DNA of 64,000 nt, taken from the NCBI GenBank assembly GCA_009103225.1, contig RHPI01000585.1, forward strand, positions 62,001-126,000, read 5' to 3'. Origin of the DNA: Chlorokybus atmophyticus. Lineage: Eukaryota > Plantae > Mesostigma and Chlorokybus algae. Positions 23,775-36,629 of the stretch are shown one piece after another. A program made the translations under genes and the position numbers. The notes under the pieces are model-generated. The model did not search any database and was not told where the DNA came from. It was given only the letters and a program-made list of their open reading frames with translations. The first letter of the stretch is position 1; every line of letters starts with the position of its first letter.

Positions 23775-23840
23775 ACAGTCCCCCCCGGCAGAGTGTCGGG
23801 GGGGGCCCCCCCCCCCCGACACTCTGCCGGGGGGGGCTGT
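23775..23840. repeat. Near-perfect 66-bp GC-rich palindrome
   Basis: ACAGTC7GGCAGAGTGTCG8 / C12GACACTCTGCCG8CTGT. Related (T)ACAG(T/G)CCCCCC motifs occur at about 19060-19090 and 23300-23350. Confidence 0.75.
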
Positions 23841-24514
23841 GTAAAAACCGGGGGACGCTATTGGGGTAAATACGGTACTCATTACGAATCGACAATCCGG
23901 GGCTTCTGCCTTCAACAGGACGGTTCTGTTCTGCAACCGTTCTGTCAGCAACGTGCCCCGTTATCCGTGGGCAGAAAGGAAGTATCGCTGAACGGGCTGC
24001 TTTGGGCCCCAAAAAGTGTTGTGGGGCGCACGTGACATCTCGTTTTTTTGCCCCCTTCCGCGCGCTCGCACAAGCAAGATAGAGAGAGAGAGACACAGGC
24101 CACGGCGGCGGCGGAGGAGGTGCACGCTGCCGCCAAGGGGGGCGGGCGGGTGGTTGGGTAAAGAGAGTGGGGCGGCCCACTCTTCCTCGTGATTTTTCAG
24201 CCACGCTGAGTCTCTCGGTGCCTTTAGAAAATACCAGACACAGAGACAGGGAGAGATTGAGCGGTTTGATCCATTCCTTGCCTTGTCCTAGTCTCTCCTT
24301 GCTAGGCTCCAGAGCAGCGCGTGACTGCTCTCTCACGCTCTCCTCTCTAGTGTCTGTTAGTGTATGTGTATTTGTAGTTCACTACGATAGCTTGTTGTGT
24401 GGTGATTGACATCCACAGCATTACCCGAGGTGTAGTATAATCAGCATCATTGCTTGTCTACCTTCGCAATGCACGGGTGTTGTTGAGTAAAGCACCATAT
24501 ATACATAGCCAGAG

Positions 24515-26031
24515 ATGTCTGGTCGGGATGGCCTCACCATTGCAGTAGGAGTAGGCGTAGGAGGAGGTGGTTCCAGGTCCCCTCCGCCGACGCCGTTGTC
24601 CCCGTCGACGGCTGCGGCGGGGTTGGACGGCGGCGGCGTGGTGGGCGGCGTGGTGGGCGTGCCGGGCAGCCCCACCGCCAACCCGCTACTGGGAAACAGA
24701 AACAACAAGAAGAGAGAGGTGGGTGGGGTGGGGTGGGGTGCAATGATGATGCTTGTGGGTGGGTGGGTGGGTGGGTGGGTGGATTACCAACACGAGGTTG
24801 GGTGTTGTGTTTTAGCGCAAGAGCACAGGCGTGGGTGCGCATAAGCGCGAGCATGCGGTGCCCGGCATCAGCTTCCGACGCATATGGGAGAAGGATGCCG
24901 ACCTCGAGGGAGCCGTCAAAGCACGACACATGGCCGTAAGAGATGCATGTGCATACCAAGCACGCAGGCATGCGCACTAAGAAGCGTGGGTGTACACCCT
25001 CACACGCGCACGCACACGCGCACGCACGACAGGGTGCGACGGGCGTTGGCATGCTGGCGCTGGCTTACAAGTCCATCGGTGTGATCTACGGCGACATTGG
25101 CACCTCCCCCCTCTACGTGTACGCCTCCATCTTCAGCTCTCACACGCCCGACGCCGCCGACATCGAGGGCACCCTCTCCCTCATCATCTGGACCCTCACC
25201 CTCATCGCACTCTTCAAGTACGTGTGCGTCGTGTTGCGCGCGGACGACAACGGCGAGGGCGGGACGTTCGCACTCTATGCACTCCTTCGACGACACATCA
25301 ACTTCTCGTTAACAAATGACTCGCACTCGTCGGATCTAGAGTTGAGTCAGTACTCGAAGGGGCTTCATGTGGACCATCATGACGATGACCCCAAGCATGA
25401 CTCTAAGCATCAACACCAACATCATCATGTGGTCCCGCCCGCGAGTGTTGTGGCGGGAAGTAAGAGGCTGCAGAGAATGTTGCTCATGGTGGTATTGCTC
25501 GGCACGTGTATGATTATTGGAGATGGAGTGCTCACGCCAGCCATATCAGTACTCTCTGCTATGGAGGGCATTACGGTGGCTGCACCTTCAACCCCTCACG
25601 GTGCGTGTGCGCGCGTGTGTGTGTGGGTGGGTGGGTGGGTGCGTGCGTGTTTTCATGTGTATATGTGTTGGCTGGCATATCAACTCTGTGCGTTACCGAC
25701 AGGTGCGATCATTGCGGGCACTTGCGTTATCCTTATCGGCCTGTTCATCGCACAATCATACGGCACCAGCAAGGTGGAGAAACAAGTGCATGCATGCAAT
25801 TCGTGCTAGTGGTTATTCATTGAGTGATATGTTGTTGTCTCACACCCCTGCGCGCAAGCCTGCAGGTGGGTGTTGTCTTTGCACCTATTGTGCTCTTGTG
25901 GCTCCTTTCCATCGGCTGCATTGGAGTCTACAACATTGCGCACTTTGGTCCCGAAATCTTTGCTGCGTTCAACCCCGCACTCGGGTTCCGTTTCTTCCTC
26001 CGCCGCAAACGCGTCGCATGGGAGGTATAGT

Positions 26032-26065
<34 letters not shown>

Positions 26066-28439
26066 TGTGCATTACATACAATATGCGTATTCATTAGAAG
26101 TTATGCGCGCGCGCTCATGCATGCACGCACGCATGCATACCCCTTACGCATGCGCATGCGCACGCACACAAACAGTATTGATACCACTTGACACTGATCA
26201 CCATGTGTGCGCACAGATGTTGGGTGGGGTGTTGCTGTGCGTGACAGGCACGGAAGCGATGTACGCAGACTTGGGACACTTCTCCCTCAACGCCGTACGG
26301 CTAAGCTTCACCTGCCTCGTGTACCCGTGCCTGCTCCTCGCGTATCTCGGACAGGGAGCCTACCTCAAGCAGTTTCCTGAGCAGGTAGGGACACAACATG
26401 ACTGTGCCAACATACCAACATGCCCACATACCAACTCACCATGTATCATTGTCACACAGGTGGGGCAAGCCTTCTGGCATTCTATTCCTGGCCCGCTTTT
26501 CTGGCCGATGCTCGTCATCGCCACACTCGCAACCATCGTCGCCTCACAGGTACAGAGCATGTCGATGCGTATACTTTGTTGCGTATGCGTGTGTGGGCTC
26601 CCAAGACACGGCGGTGATGTTGTGCAGGCGATGATCAGCGGGGCGTTCTCCATCATCCGCCAGGCGGCCTTCCACCACGCGTTCCCACGCGTGAAGATCG
26701 TCCATACCTCTCCCGATGTCCACGGACAAATATATATTCCTGAGGTGTGAGCCACACGCCCCCACACGCCCCCACACCCCCACCCACACCCACACCCACA
26801 CCCACACCCACACCCACACCCACACACCCACACGAACACTACCGTGCAGGTGAACTATGCGCTTCTTGCGTTGACGCTTGCTGTGGTCGTTGGTTTCGGC
26901 GACTCCGTGTCGCTGGGCAACGCGTACGGCATCGCTGTGATGTCGGTCATGTTCATCACTACGTCCTTGTGCACGGTTGTGATGCTCTACGCGTGGCGAT
27001 GGCCGAGCCCGCTCGCGCTCGCGTTCTGGATGTTCTTCACAGTGCTCGAAGGAGCATACCTATCAGCCACACTATTCAAAGCAAGTGTGACTTGAGACTG
27101 TGTGTGTGTGTTTGTGTGTGGCTGATGGAGTGAGGGTACTCAGCGAGTGTGTGTGGACACGTGCTTCGCGTGCAGGTGCCGTCGGGTGGGTGGTTCCCTC
27201 TTGCGTTGGGCGCGGTGCTGATGGTGATCATGTACACGTGGCACTACGCATCCGAGAGCAAGAGCGACTACGATGCGAAGAACCGCGTGTTGCTCGAGCA
27301 CCTACTCAGCGACAATCCGCTGCCACAACCACCGCCACAACCACATTCAGACAACAACATAGATCACCCCAATCACAACATCATGCGTGATGCGCCTCTC
27401 ACGCTAGTGGGTTCCGATGATGCGGTGATTCGTGTCCCCGGCATCGGCTTCTTCTACAGCGACTCCGTGCAAGGCGTTCCGCTGGTCTTTTGTCACTTCA
27501 TGACGCACCTGCGCATCGCACACGAAGTCCTCATCTTCCTCATGATACGGTACAGCCCCACACACGACAAACTGATAACGATATCACCCAACATGAACTC
27601 TCTCCACTGACATTCACCACCCAATAGGTTTGTGCCTGTGCCCAAAGTCCACGCAAAGGAGCGTTTCCTCCTCAAGCACCTCGGCTTCCCAGGTTTTTAC
27701 CAGTAAGTCCACGCGTGTTTGACAACAGTACAGCATGTGCTTTGTGGCTTTTGCATTACACACACACGCGCACGCGCAGGTGCATCTGTCGGTACGGCTA
27801 CATGGATGATGTGAACCACGACGAGGACTTTGCTGAAGAGCTCATGGACAAGATTACGGAGATGCTGCAGTCTCTGCCGAGATGTGGGTTTACACTGCTC
27901 ATGTATCTTGACATAAAGCTCAACTTTCACTTACTAAACTTTTGTCTCTGCGTGCAGCAAGGAGGTCTTCAGCCAGCGCACTGAGCCAGCCAAATACCAC
28001 AATCACAACCACCACAATAACAACAATACCAGCGATGCCTCAAGTTGTCAACCAGTCCGTTGTTCCGAGGGAGCGCGCCACGATGGTGCGCACACCATCC
28101 GTAACGAGTGGAAACGACCTGAAGACCCAACAACAACAGCAGCAGCAACAGCAACAACAGCAGGCACCTGTGGTCGGGAGTGCTGCGTCCTTTGTGGCGT
28201 CTGCGTCGCGCATACACGTTGGGGGTGAGCTTGTGCGTCTCAACCGCGCGCGGGACCACGGGTTCGTGTACGTGCTCGGTAGGTCCCACATCAAGGCCAA
28301 ACCAAGCTCCAACCTGTTCAAGCGCGTGATGCTCGGCACGCTCTACGACATACTGCGACGCAACTGCCGATCCGCCACCGTCGCGTTCCACATACCGCAC
28401 CAGCTACTCATTGAGCTTGGCGTCGTTAGTGACGTGTGA
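24515..28439 (+). CDS. KUP/HAK/KT potassium transporter, multi-exon
   Basis: GVIYGDIGTSPLYVY, DDNGEGGTFALY, IIGDGVLTPAISVLSAMEG, LGGVLLCVTGTEAMYADLGHFS, AYLGQGAYL, GQIYIPEVNY, GNAYGIAV, KVPSGGWFPL, RVPGIG, YRCICRYGY, YVLGRSHIKAK. GT-AG introns join the exons in frame. Confidence 0.96.
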
Positions 28440-29168
28440 TACAACAATTGTTGTTCGAGACGACGACACATGCACATTCACTTAGCGCACGCTCCTGCTG
28501 GAAGGCAGCATGAGGTGCACTTGAGAAGCACGTGGCTTTGCTGTGCGTGCGTACGTTGCTCGTCTGTTGAATAGGCCTGCATGCACGCACCCCAGACAAG
28601 CATGTCAAAGTATGGATGCCTGTGGATGAGCATAGCAAGCAACATACATCAGACCTAACCTTTTGGTTGATTGCAAGAACCGACGCACATCGCGTGCAGC
28701 CACCTTCATCTTTTTGTTTTATCTTTCCCAAATCGACTTCACTCCGCAATGCAGTAACATACCAATACTTCGAATTCAATATGAAGAGGGACAGCGACAT
28801 GAGATTGGAGCATGCTAGTGTTTCCATAGCTGTGCCATCAATTGGCGTATTTGAAACAAACTTTCTCCCAGTACATATTGAACCGCGGTTGTAATGGTGT
28901 TGCTTCAGCGCAGTCATGAATAAGCACCAGCAAGACTTCTGTGATGACAGCTACCATATGGCACACACGCATAATAGCACACCCCTTTTGTACTCTCTCA
29001 CACACCGCCACTGTTGAACACAAACATTAGGAGAAAGAACAAGATGTCCGCTCACACAGGGAACACTGGCCAGCGAACCTGTTGCTGCACTGCTATACCA
29101 AAGCCACAACCAGGCAGCACATACACTGTGCTAATACAATGCTGTACACAAACAGAAAAACTAGCCGA

Positions 29169-29992
29169 CTAGTACAACAGATACATGAGTACCGCAATCA
29201 GGATGAGTGCCAACAGCACCAGCCATCCTCGCGGATCCACCGGCGCGCGCTGTTGCGGGCGCGACATCACCACGCGATGCATCTCATTGAGCTCCTCGAC
29301 AAAGTGTTTACCCAAAGCGCCGGGATGCGGGACAACGCTCGGGTCAGCGAGCAGCCCCATTGTGAGCTGGTTGTTGTACGTCACCACCGCCATAATCAGA
29401 CCCACCAACGCCGGCACGAAAAACGCGCAGTTCTCCATCTTCTGGCCAGCAAAGTACACCTGCAAAACAAGAGCAGTTGATGTGAGCAGCGAGTGAGCAA
29501 TTATGTTAATGTTGTTGGGTGCTTGCCTCTTCTGCGGGACCGGCAACATTTGTGAACAACAGCGTGAACCGGTCGAAGAGGTCGTACGTGGCTTTGCGGT
29601 ACGCTTCGGGAGGCAGGAGTGCGGCGCCCAACTGCGCCAAAGTGCAAGCGTGTTGGTAAGAAAACATGCACGGATGACGAGACATACACGCACAACAACA
29701 TGTTGCTCCCCACCTTGTTGAGGCCCATAGTCACAAGCATCTCTGGTGAAACTTTGAGGTCGTCCACCTCGCGCTTGCACTTGTGCAGCCTCTCGATAAC
29801 ATCCTCCGTGTCAACCGGCAGGGACATCGTCAGCAGCGTGAACTGGTTGCCAAACTGCTTGGGATCGCTCAGGTCGATCGGATGTTTTCTGCAATGACAC
29901 AACAGCTGTGAGAGGAGATCGCAAGCCATGCACAGGCTTAACGGGCATATGGCCTTCATGCACATTATGAAACTACTTGGCAGGACACGCCA

Positions 29993-30070
<78 letters not shown>

Positions 30071-32063
30071 NNNNNNNNNNNNNNNNNNNNNNNNNNNNNN
30101 NNNNNNNNNNNNNNNNNNNNNNNNNNNNNNNNNNNNNNNNNNNNNNNNNNNNNNNNNNNNNNNNNNNNNNNNNNNNNNNNNNNNNNNNNNNNNNNNNNNN
30201 NNNNNNNNNNNNNNNNNNNNNNNNNNNNNNNNNNNNNCCCCCCCCCCCCCCCCCCCCCTCTCCAACAACAACACATGTATGCTGATTTTTGTTGATTGTC
30301 GACGTACATTCGCGTGTCGTAAGGGAAGACCGTGCGCAGTCGCATTCCGGGCTGGACCTCATTCTTTTGCAACAAGTACCTGCAAGCACAGCACACGCGC
30401 ATCAATCTTCCGAATCGGACTACCAAAGCACAAGGACAACACTTCACTACACAGATTGTGAGCGTCACACTGAAGTCAACCTGCACATGACCGGGCAAAG
30501 TACCTCCTTATGGCGCCAGCTACAGCCGCAACAAGGACGTCATTGACGGTGCCGCCGAACCTGTCTTTGATGTCTTTCACGAGCGACAACGACACGGTCT
30601 CGGACAGGGCAACCGTTTTGCGCGCAGACAAGTCAGCGCAGCTGCGCATCTTGAGCGAAGTGGGCGTGTCGAACGGCCCCGCTGCCAGCGTCAGCCCATG
30701 CACGATGCCATACACAAACACCCAAAGCCTCCGGCCCAACTCTTGAGGCTGTATACAGCACATATCATGACCATACAAATAAATACACATGCACATGTGC
30801 ATGTGCACGCATGCGCGCGCGCGCGCACGCATACAAGTGACAATGGTCAAAGCACCTTTGAAATGGCACTGAAAAGTGGCTTTGGGCGTCTCTTTCTGAT
30901 GCCAGAGCCTGGGCTTTTCAAGATGGATCCTTTGGCCTCATATAGTGAGAAAAACACCTGTGTTGTGACCACAGGAGTGCGTCGATGAAACACAACATCA
31001 AGATGTTACACAAAAATGTTGGGTGCGAGAGCGTACGCTAGAGAGTGTGGTGCCATCGCCGATGACATGATGAATACGTGAGAGGATGGCGCCACCATCT
31101 CTAAAGTTGCGCAGCACGTATATGCGCCAGAGAGGCTTTTCTGTGTTCAGCCGCGCAGAATGCAGCTGCCCAATGAGCTCATAGATTGTCTCCTGCGAGA
31201 CAACAGAACAACAGTATGATCCTAGTCAGCTGCACACACATATATGAATGTGTGCACAGTATTGTGCCAAAATTCTCCCACACACTCACTTTGTCTCCCG
31301 GAGCAGGCAGCTGGTATTCCACAATGTGGTAGTTGAGGTCGACCGACTCCACCTCCTGCCAGCTGTGCTGCCCGGGCGCTTCTGGATTGACCAGCACAGA
31401 CCTGAAGCGCGGGTATAACAGCAGCTTCTGCTCAAGCGCACACGCGTGGCCACGCACAAAAGAGGGTTGTTGACTCCAGCTCAGCACCAGTGCAATGTGT
31501 GTTGCTGTCAGTTGTTTTACACGGCATTCTAAAAATGTGCACTGCATGCTCACTTGTGCTCGCCAAATTGACTTCACCAATGCAATGCATGCTCAATTCT
31601 GTTACGAGCAAGTGAACCGAATGCCACAATGTGCCATTAATCTCAAACGCACTTCTTCAATGACCCGGCGGACATCAGGCATGGAGACGTCCTGCTTGAA
31701 GAACATAAGGCCATCAATGACGTAGTCGTGGGCGGAGTTGACGCGGCCCAGCTCGTAGGAGGCATTTCCCAGGAACGACGCCTGACGCCTCAATCCCACG
31801 GCACCACCCTTGACATCACCCTCGCCGCCCATGTCGCCGCCCACGCCCACGCTGGCCTCACTACGAAGCTTTGCTGCCTTCTCACTGCGCCAACCCTGAA
31901 CATACAGCCACAGCAATGCTGCCTTTAGGCAAGCTTTGACCAGCGAAGGTTTTCGCAACTCATCAGCTGCATGGATTGCATGTGGACTACCGGGTATGCA
32001 TGAGCAAAGCAAACATGAGAGCAGCTGGTGCACCACCAGCACCAGGTAATTGGCAGTGTGCAT
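29169..32063 (-). CDS. Wax ester synthase/diacylglycerol acyltransferase (WS/DGAT, WSD-like), multi-exon; start uncertain; one intron spans an assembly gap
   Basis: YPRFRSVLV, LNTEKPLWRIYVL, catalytic RIHHVIGDG (HHxxxDG), KDIKDRFGGTVNDVLVAAVAGAIRRY, KQFGNQF, TYNNQLTMGLLAD, C-terminal hydrophobic anchor. Confidence 0.9.
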
Positions 32064-33811
32064 GGGGAATGAAACCTGCCTGCTGGGCTCAATGGCAAGC
32101 GGGAGCTGGACAGCTCAGCTGCGGCGAGTAAGCATGCGTCTTCTTTGTGACACAGGCGTCCACCCTTACCACGCCACTACCCTTACCGCCGCCGCCGCTG
32201 CTCGGCTGCCGGGCGCACCATTAGGCCACAACAAGCCGCAGGAGACAGGTCACGAGTTTGTTCAATTGCTGACGTGCGGTGTAGCAAACTAGGCGCATAA
32301 GAACCATTGCGATGAGGCTGCATGACGAGTTGATGACAACGAGCTTCATGCATGTTACGCGATACGCGATACAACGAATGTACAGGTACGTGAGCACAAA
32401 ATAAATAATGATACTGAGAGATATTAGCTTTACCTTGGTAAAACAAAACAAGGTAGTACTGAAGATCAAGAGATTAAGAGTTAAACATGCATGTCGATAC
32501 AACGACAACATCTGCAATCTGAAAAGCGTGTTTGAAAAATGCTTGTTCAGTATAATAGATCATAACTATACCTGATGATGATGATAAGATTAAATGTGAA
32601 ATAGTATAACCGATAGTTAACTCAATGTGCACATTAGTTTACACTTAGTTCATTAAGTGAACTGATTGTGAACTAATTTGCACACTTCGTGCACGTTATG
32701 TTATTTAATGTGCATTATATAAAGCAATGCACGTTAAGTATAACGTTTGCCTAATTATGTATGTATATATTCACATTATTGTATATGCACAAACTTGTAT
32801 TTGATGTGCCAATTGATGCGCGATGCATTACAAGGTGCAATGATCATACATAATTCTTATTAACTTCATAATAGCACAGATACCTTGATATAAAACTATT
32901 TTAAAAACCCGTGTTGATACACGCCTCATGTTTGCAGCAATTTTGCGTATATTGCTTTGAACAGCATTTTATCCTTGAGACGGAGGATAATATACAATGT
33001 AATGCAAATAAAATTGTACAGCAAGCATAACAAACATTTAGATGTCATTCACCCATCTCATTAGCTTTTTGCTTTACTACGCAAAGTAACATACACATTA
33101 GAGTATTACAGTGCTAAATGAGATGGGTGAATGATGCTGCACATCGCTCACCTCTTTGAAGTCGTTTGTGCGCGATGTATATGATTAATCATTGAACATG
33201 TTCATGTGCTGAAGGTAGAACGACGGCTTTGTGGTGGGTGATAATTTATTAATATCAACATATGCATGAAATATTTGCAAGGTTAGATAGAGGCTTTATG
33301 TCAAATACATTTGCTAACATTGGATACCTCCAATGTTAATGCACAGTTGAACCTTGGTACAAGCACTGGTGTTAAACATGATTGTGCATGTACGAAAGTG
33401 TGCTTGTTGCGATAATGTACAAAAGTTGCATTCATCTCGCGCGACTTGCATGAACTGCATGTTGCAAAACTTCTGTAGGTAGATTTGCTACATATGGAGC
33501 GGAGTGCGTTAATGTGTGCATCTGATGCAATAGGGTTAGGGTTAAATGCATGGTCAATGCACTTTTGTAATGATGACGCTTGCCTTTGGAACCAAACATG
33601 TCGGAGTATAACGGTCTGGAAGGCACCGCCGCAGACGGGGACGAACAAAGGAGAATCATGCACTTGCCGTTTATGTACTGCTTTGCAGAGCTCGGTATTT
33701 CGCAAAGCGTCCGCAACTCCCACGCAGGCACATGGCGTATCTGGTTAACCGATGTCTAGATCACCGCGGTTACCGCTCAGCGGAGAACGCAGGCAGGGAG
33801 AGCAGCATAGG

Positions 33812-34000
33812 ATTCGCCACGTGGCGAATAGCGCCGTCAGTCAACTGGGATCTAGGCGTATCGCGACCGCTCAACGGGCTTCCCGCCCCAACCCGCAGAG
33901 CCGGTATCTCGCGCGTTTGAACGGCAGTTGCGAGATACCGCTGCTGCTGCCGCGGGCACAATGCCTACCGAAACGCCTGCCTGCTTGCCTTTTATATATA
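33812..34000 (+). promoter_or_regulatory. Palindromic G-box (ATTCGCCACGTGGCGAAT), inverted repeat CGGTATCTCGC/GCGAGATACCG and TATA-like TATATATA upstream of the secreted-protein gene
   Basis: 18-bp perfect palindrome at 33812-33829, 11-bp arms at 33902-33912 and 33930-33940, and TATATATA near 33993. Confidence 0.55.
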
Positions 34001-34326
34001 CATGCTTGTGCACAACCGCAGTGTACAAGCCGCATGCACTGAGCAGTGGTCAGTAAGAAAGCAGCTGCGGCGACGGCGGGTGCTGGTGAAGGGCTTGGCT
34101 GAGAGGAGGCAAGCAAGATGGCTGTGTCACAGCGTACCGGTAAGCTTTATTGTGTGTTGTGCATGTTTGTTCTATAAGCTTCCTTCTGCAGAAGATCTGC
34201 GTTTCTTGTTGCATGCTGTGATGTGGTGATTGCTTGCGCAAGTATGCTAGCCAGCATGACATGCTGCGACAAAGCTCAGTTGTCGGTCTGACTTAGCTTG
34301 TCTGTCTGAACCTGTGTGCAGCCGTG

Positions 34327-35786
34327 ATGGTGCTGTTGCTCGCGCTGGTGTGCTCGTTGTTTGCCTCAGCTGCAGCACAGCCCATCTTTGCTCCCCCGCC
34401 TCCGCCACCACCGGAGGAGGACTTCTTTTCGCCTCCACCGCCGCCGGGCATCCCCATCTTGCCACCACAGCCGAACTGCAACCCAATGGTATGTACCGCC
34501 CTTGCTCTTCGCCGTATTGCAAACTGCCATGACTTGCTAGGATTGCTGTGCTGATGAAGTCCAGCCAAGCTTGCTCAGCTTAGCAACTGTAACACATCAT
34601 CTCCATTACAGGCTGACTTTGATGACTTCTGGTTGATGACATCGCTATCACATGCCGACAACGCCACAACCTTCGCATGGATTGTAAAGAGGCTTCAGTT
34701 TGTTGCTACCTTCAAGTCCTTTGCCATCCAGGTGCACATGCAACGCTGCTCGCATTCTTTGTACCAACTGCCCCACGTCACTTTGTCGTGAGCTTTAACT
34801 TCACATCTTCGTCGAACAGATTCCCAATGAGGTCCCCAGCAACGTGTCTGAGATAGAGTGGGGCCCCGCTGACCAGTGCCCCGGTGGTGTTGCGCTCGAA
34901 GTGATTGGCGGCTTGCGCTACTTTGTATGGAACTGCGGTTTCACAAACACGGCTCAAACTGTCACTTACAGTCTGACATTCCAAGGCATCCTTGGTGTTG
35001 AGCCGCGCCTCATTGAGTTGACAACCACAAACGGAGGTAAGCATGATTGACAATCTGCCCAACTACTCTTGGATCGTATTGGCAACTGCTGTCATGGGTG
35101 TTGAGCTTATCAACTGCATTGACAACTGACAAGCTGTACACCGTGAGCAGACGTGCTTGTGGGCTTGATGTGTGGCGTCAGCGCTCCTTCGGGGACAGTC
35201 CTGCTGCCTCACTCGCCTGCCATTGCCATTCCGGAGCCAGCTGGTTCTGAGCCCGGCACGGGTATTGTTGGCAACCCTCTGTCCAAAAACAACTGCAATC
35301 CATGTACGTTGTCGTTTTGTTTTGTATGCGCATGCATCGAGGTACATGTATAGTAGTACCGCATGCACTCTGCTGATGAGGACTGGAACCTTCTTTGCAG
35401 TATACTCTTGGACTCTAGGACTGCCAAACATCTACATCCTTACCACTGCAGTCGTTGATGACAAGACCAACACCACCACCATTCGTTACAACTTCAAGCG
35501 CAACCAGTACACCGACAACATCCAGGGCTTTTTGATCCAAGTAGAGAACGACATCCCATCAGACACAGCACTTGTCAACTGGGGTCCTCAAGGCTCATCC
35601 TCCATTAGCTTGCTTGTCATCAACGGCTTGCGCTTCCTGTCATTTAATTTTGGGTTCCCGGAGGCAAGCGAGTTCACGAGCTACTGGCTCACTGTTCCCG
35701 GTACGGCTGACATTGGCCCGCAGAATTTTGTTGCCATTGTACCCAATGGCGGCCGTATCAGTGGTCTCATCTGCGGCATTTTGTAA
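34327..35786 (+). CDS. Secreted protein: signal peptide, Pro-rich linker and two tandem homologous ~125-aa beta-rich domains; 5 exons; family unknown
   Basis: MVLLLALVCSLFASAAAQPIFAPPPPPP. Predicted exons 34327-34488, 34612-~34731, 34821-~35036, ~35151-35301 and 35401-35786 join in frame through GT-AG introns. An internal duplication is visible. Confidence 0.85.
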
Positions 35787-36629
35787 ACGCCCGCTTCGCT
35801 CAAGCATGTGAAGACCAATTCCTTTTTGAGATTGTATTGCTAGATGCTCGCTGCTTGTAAATGTGTGCATTATGCTGTAGTTGTAGCGCAACAAGGGGTA
35901 GTCCGTGTACTTAGTTTGTTTTCGTTGGCAACACGCCTGCATTTCACAGGCTTTGTGTAGATTGTGCGAGTATTCGCAGCTTGGACATCTTAGGCTTAGA
36001 GCATTGTGTAGTTGTTGGCTTTCTGTTGTGCCACACTGGCTGTCGTGGCTGCAACCCCATTCTGAGTGTAAATGTTGGTGTTCCTTGTGCGTTGCGGGCA
36101 AAGTCAACAGCGGTATGATGTTTTGATGTGGCCTTCTGAAAAGCTGCTCAGTGACTGCCACCATCACTGGTATATCTTCGGCGGATAGCATGGTGGGATG
36201 TAGTGAAAAAGAAGTCTAGGTGTATAGAGCTATGCCCCGTGGCCTATGTGTCGTTCAAGTTTTTTGGCTTTTCTGCCCACTGCTGGCTGCCTAGCTAGGA
36301 CAATTGTGTCGACTCTCATGCCTATGACAATGCTATTGCGTGCCTGTATCTAGTGAACTACATAGACATAGACCATATTCTTGCGACCTATGTGGCTGCT
36401 TCGTTAGCTAAAAGCATTCATGTAAGTTGCTATGTGAGGATAGGTGCAAAGAGCTTGCAAGAATCTACATTGACAGCAACATGACTGGAGCTCTGCAACC
36501 GGTCGCAGCAGTGTACTAGTGTTAACACAACTGCACATGATGTCAAAACCAAGCAATAACGAGCCATGACTTGTGACAACACATGGACTGCAGTTTGCAG
36601 GACTTTTGCCAGTACGCATAGCAGCAGTG

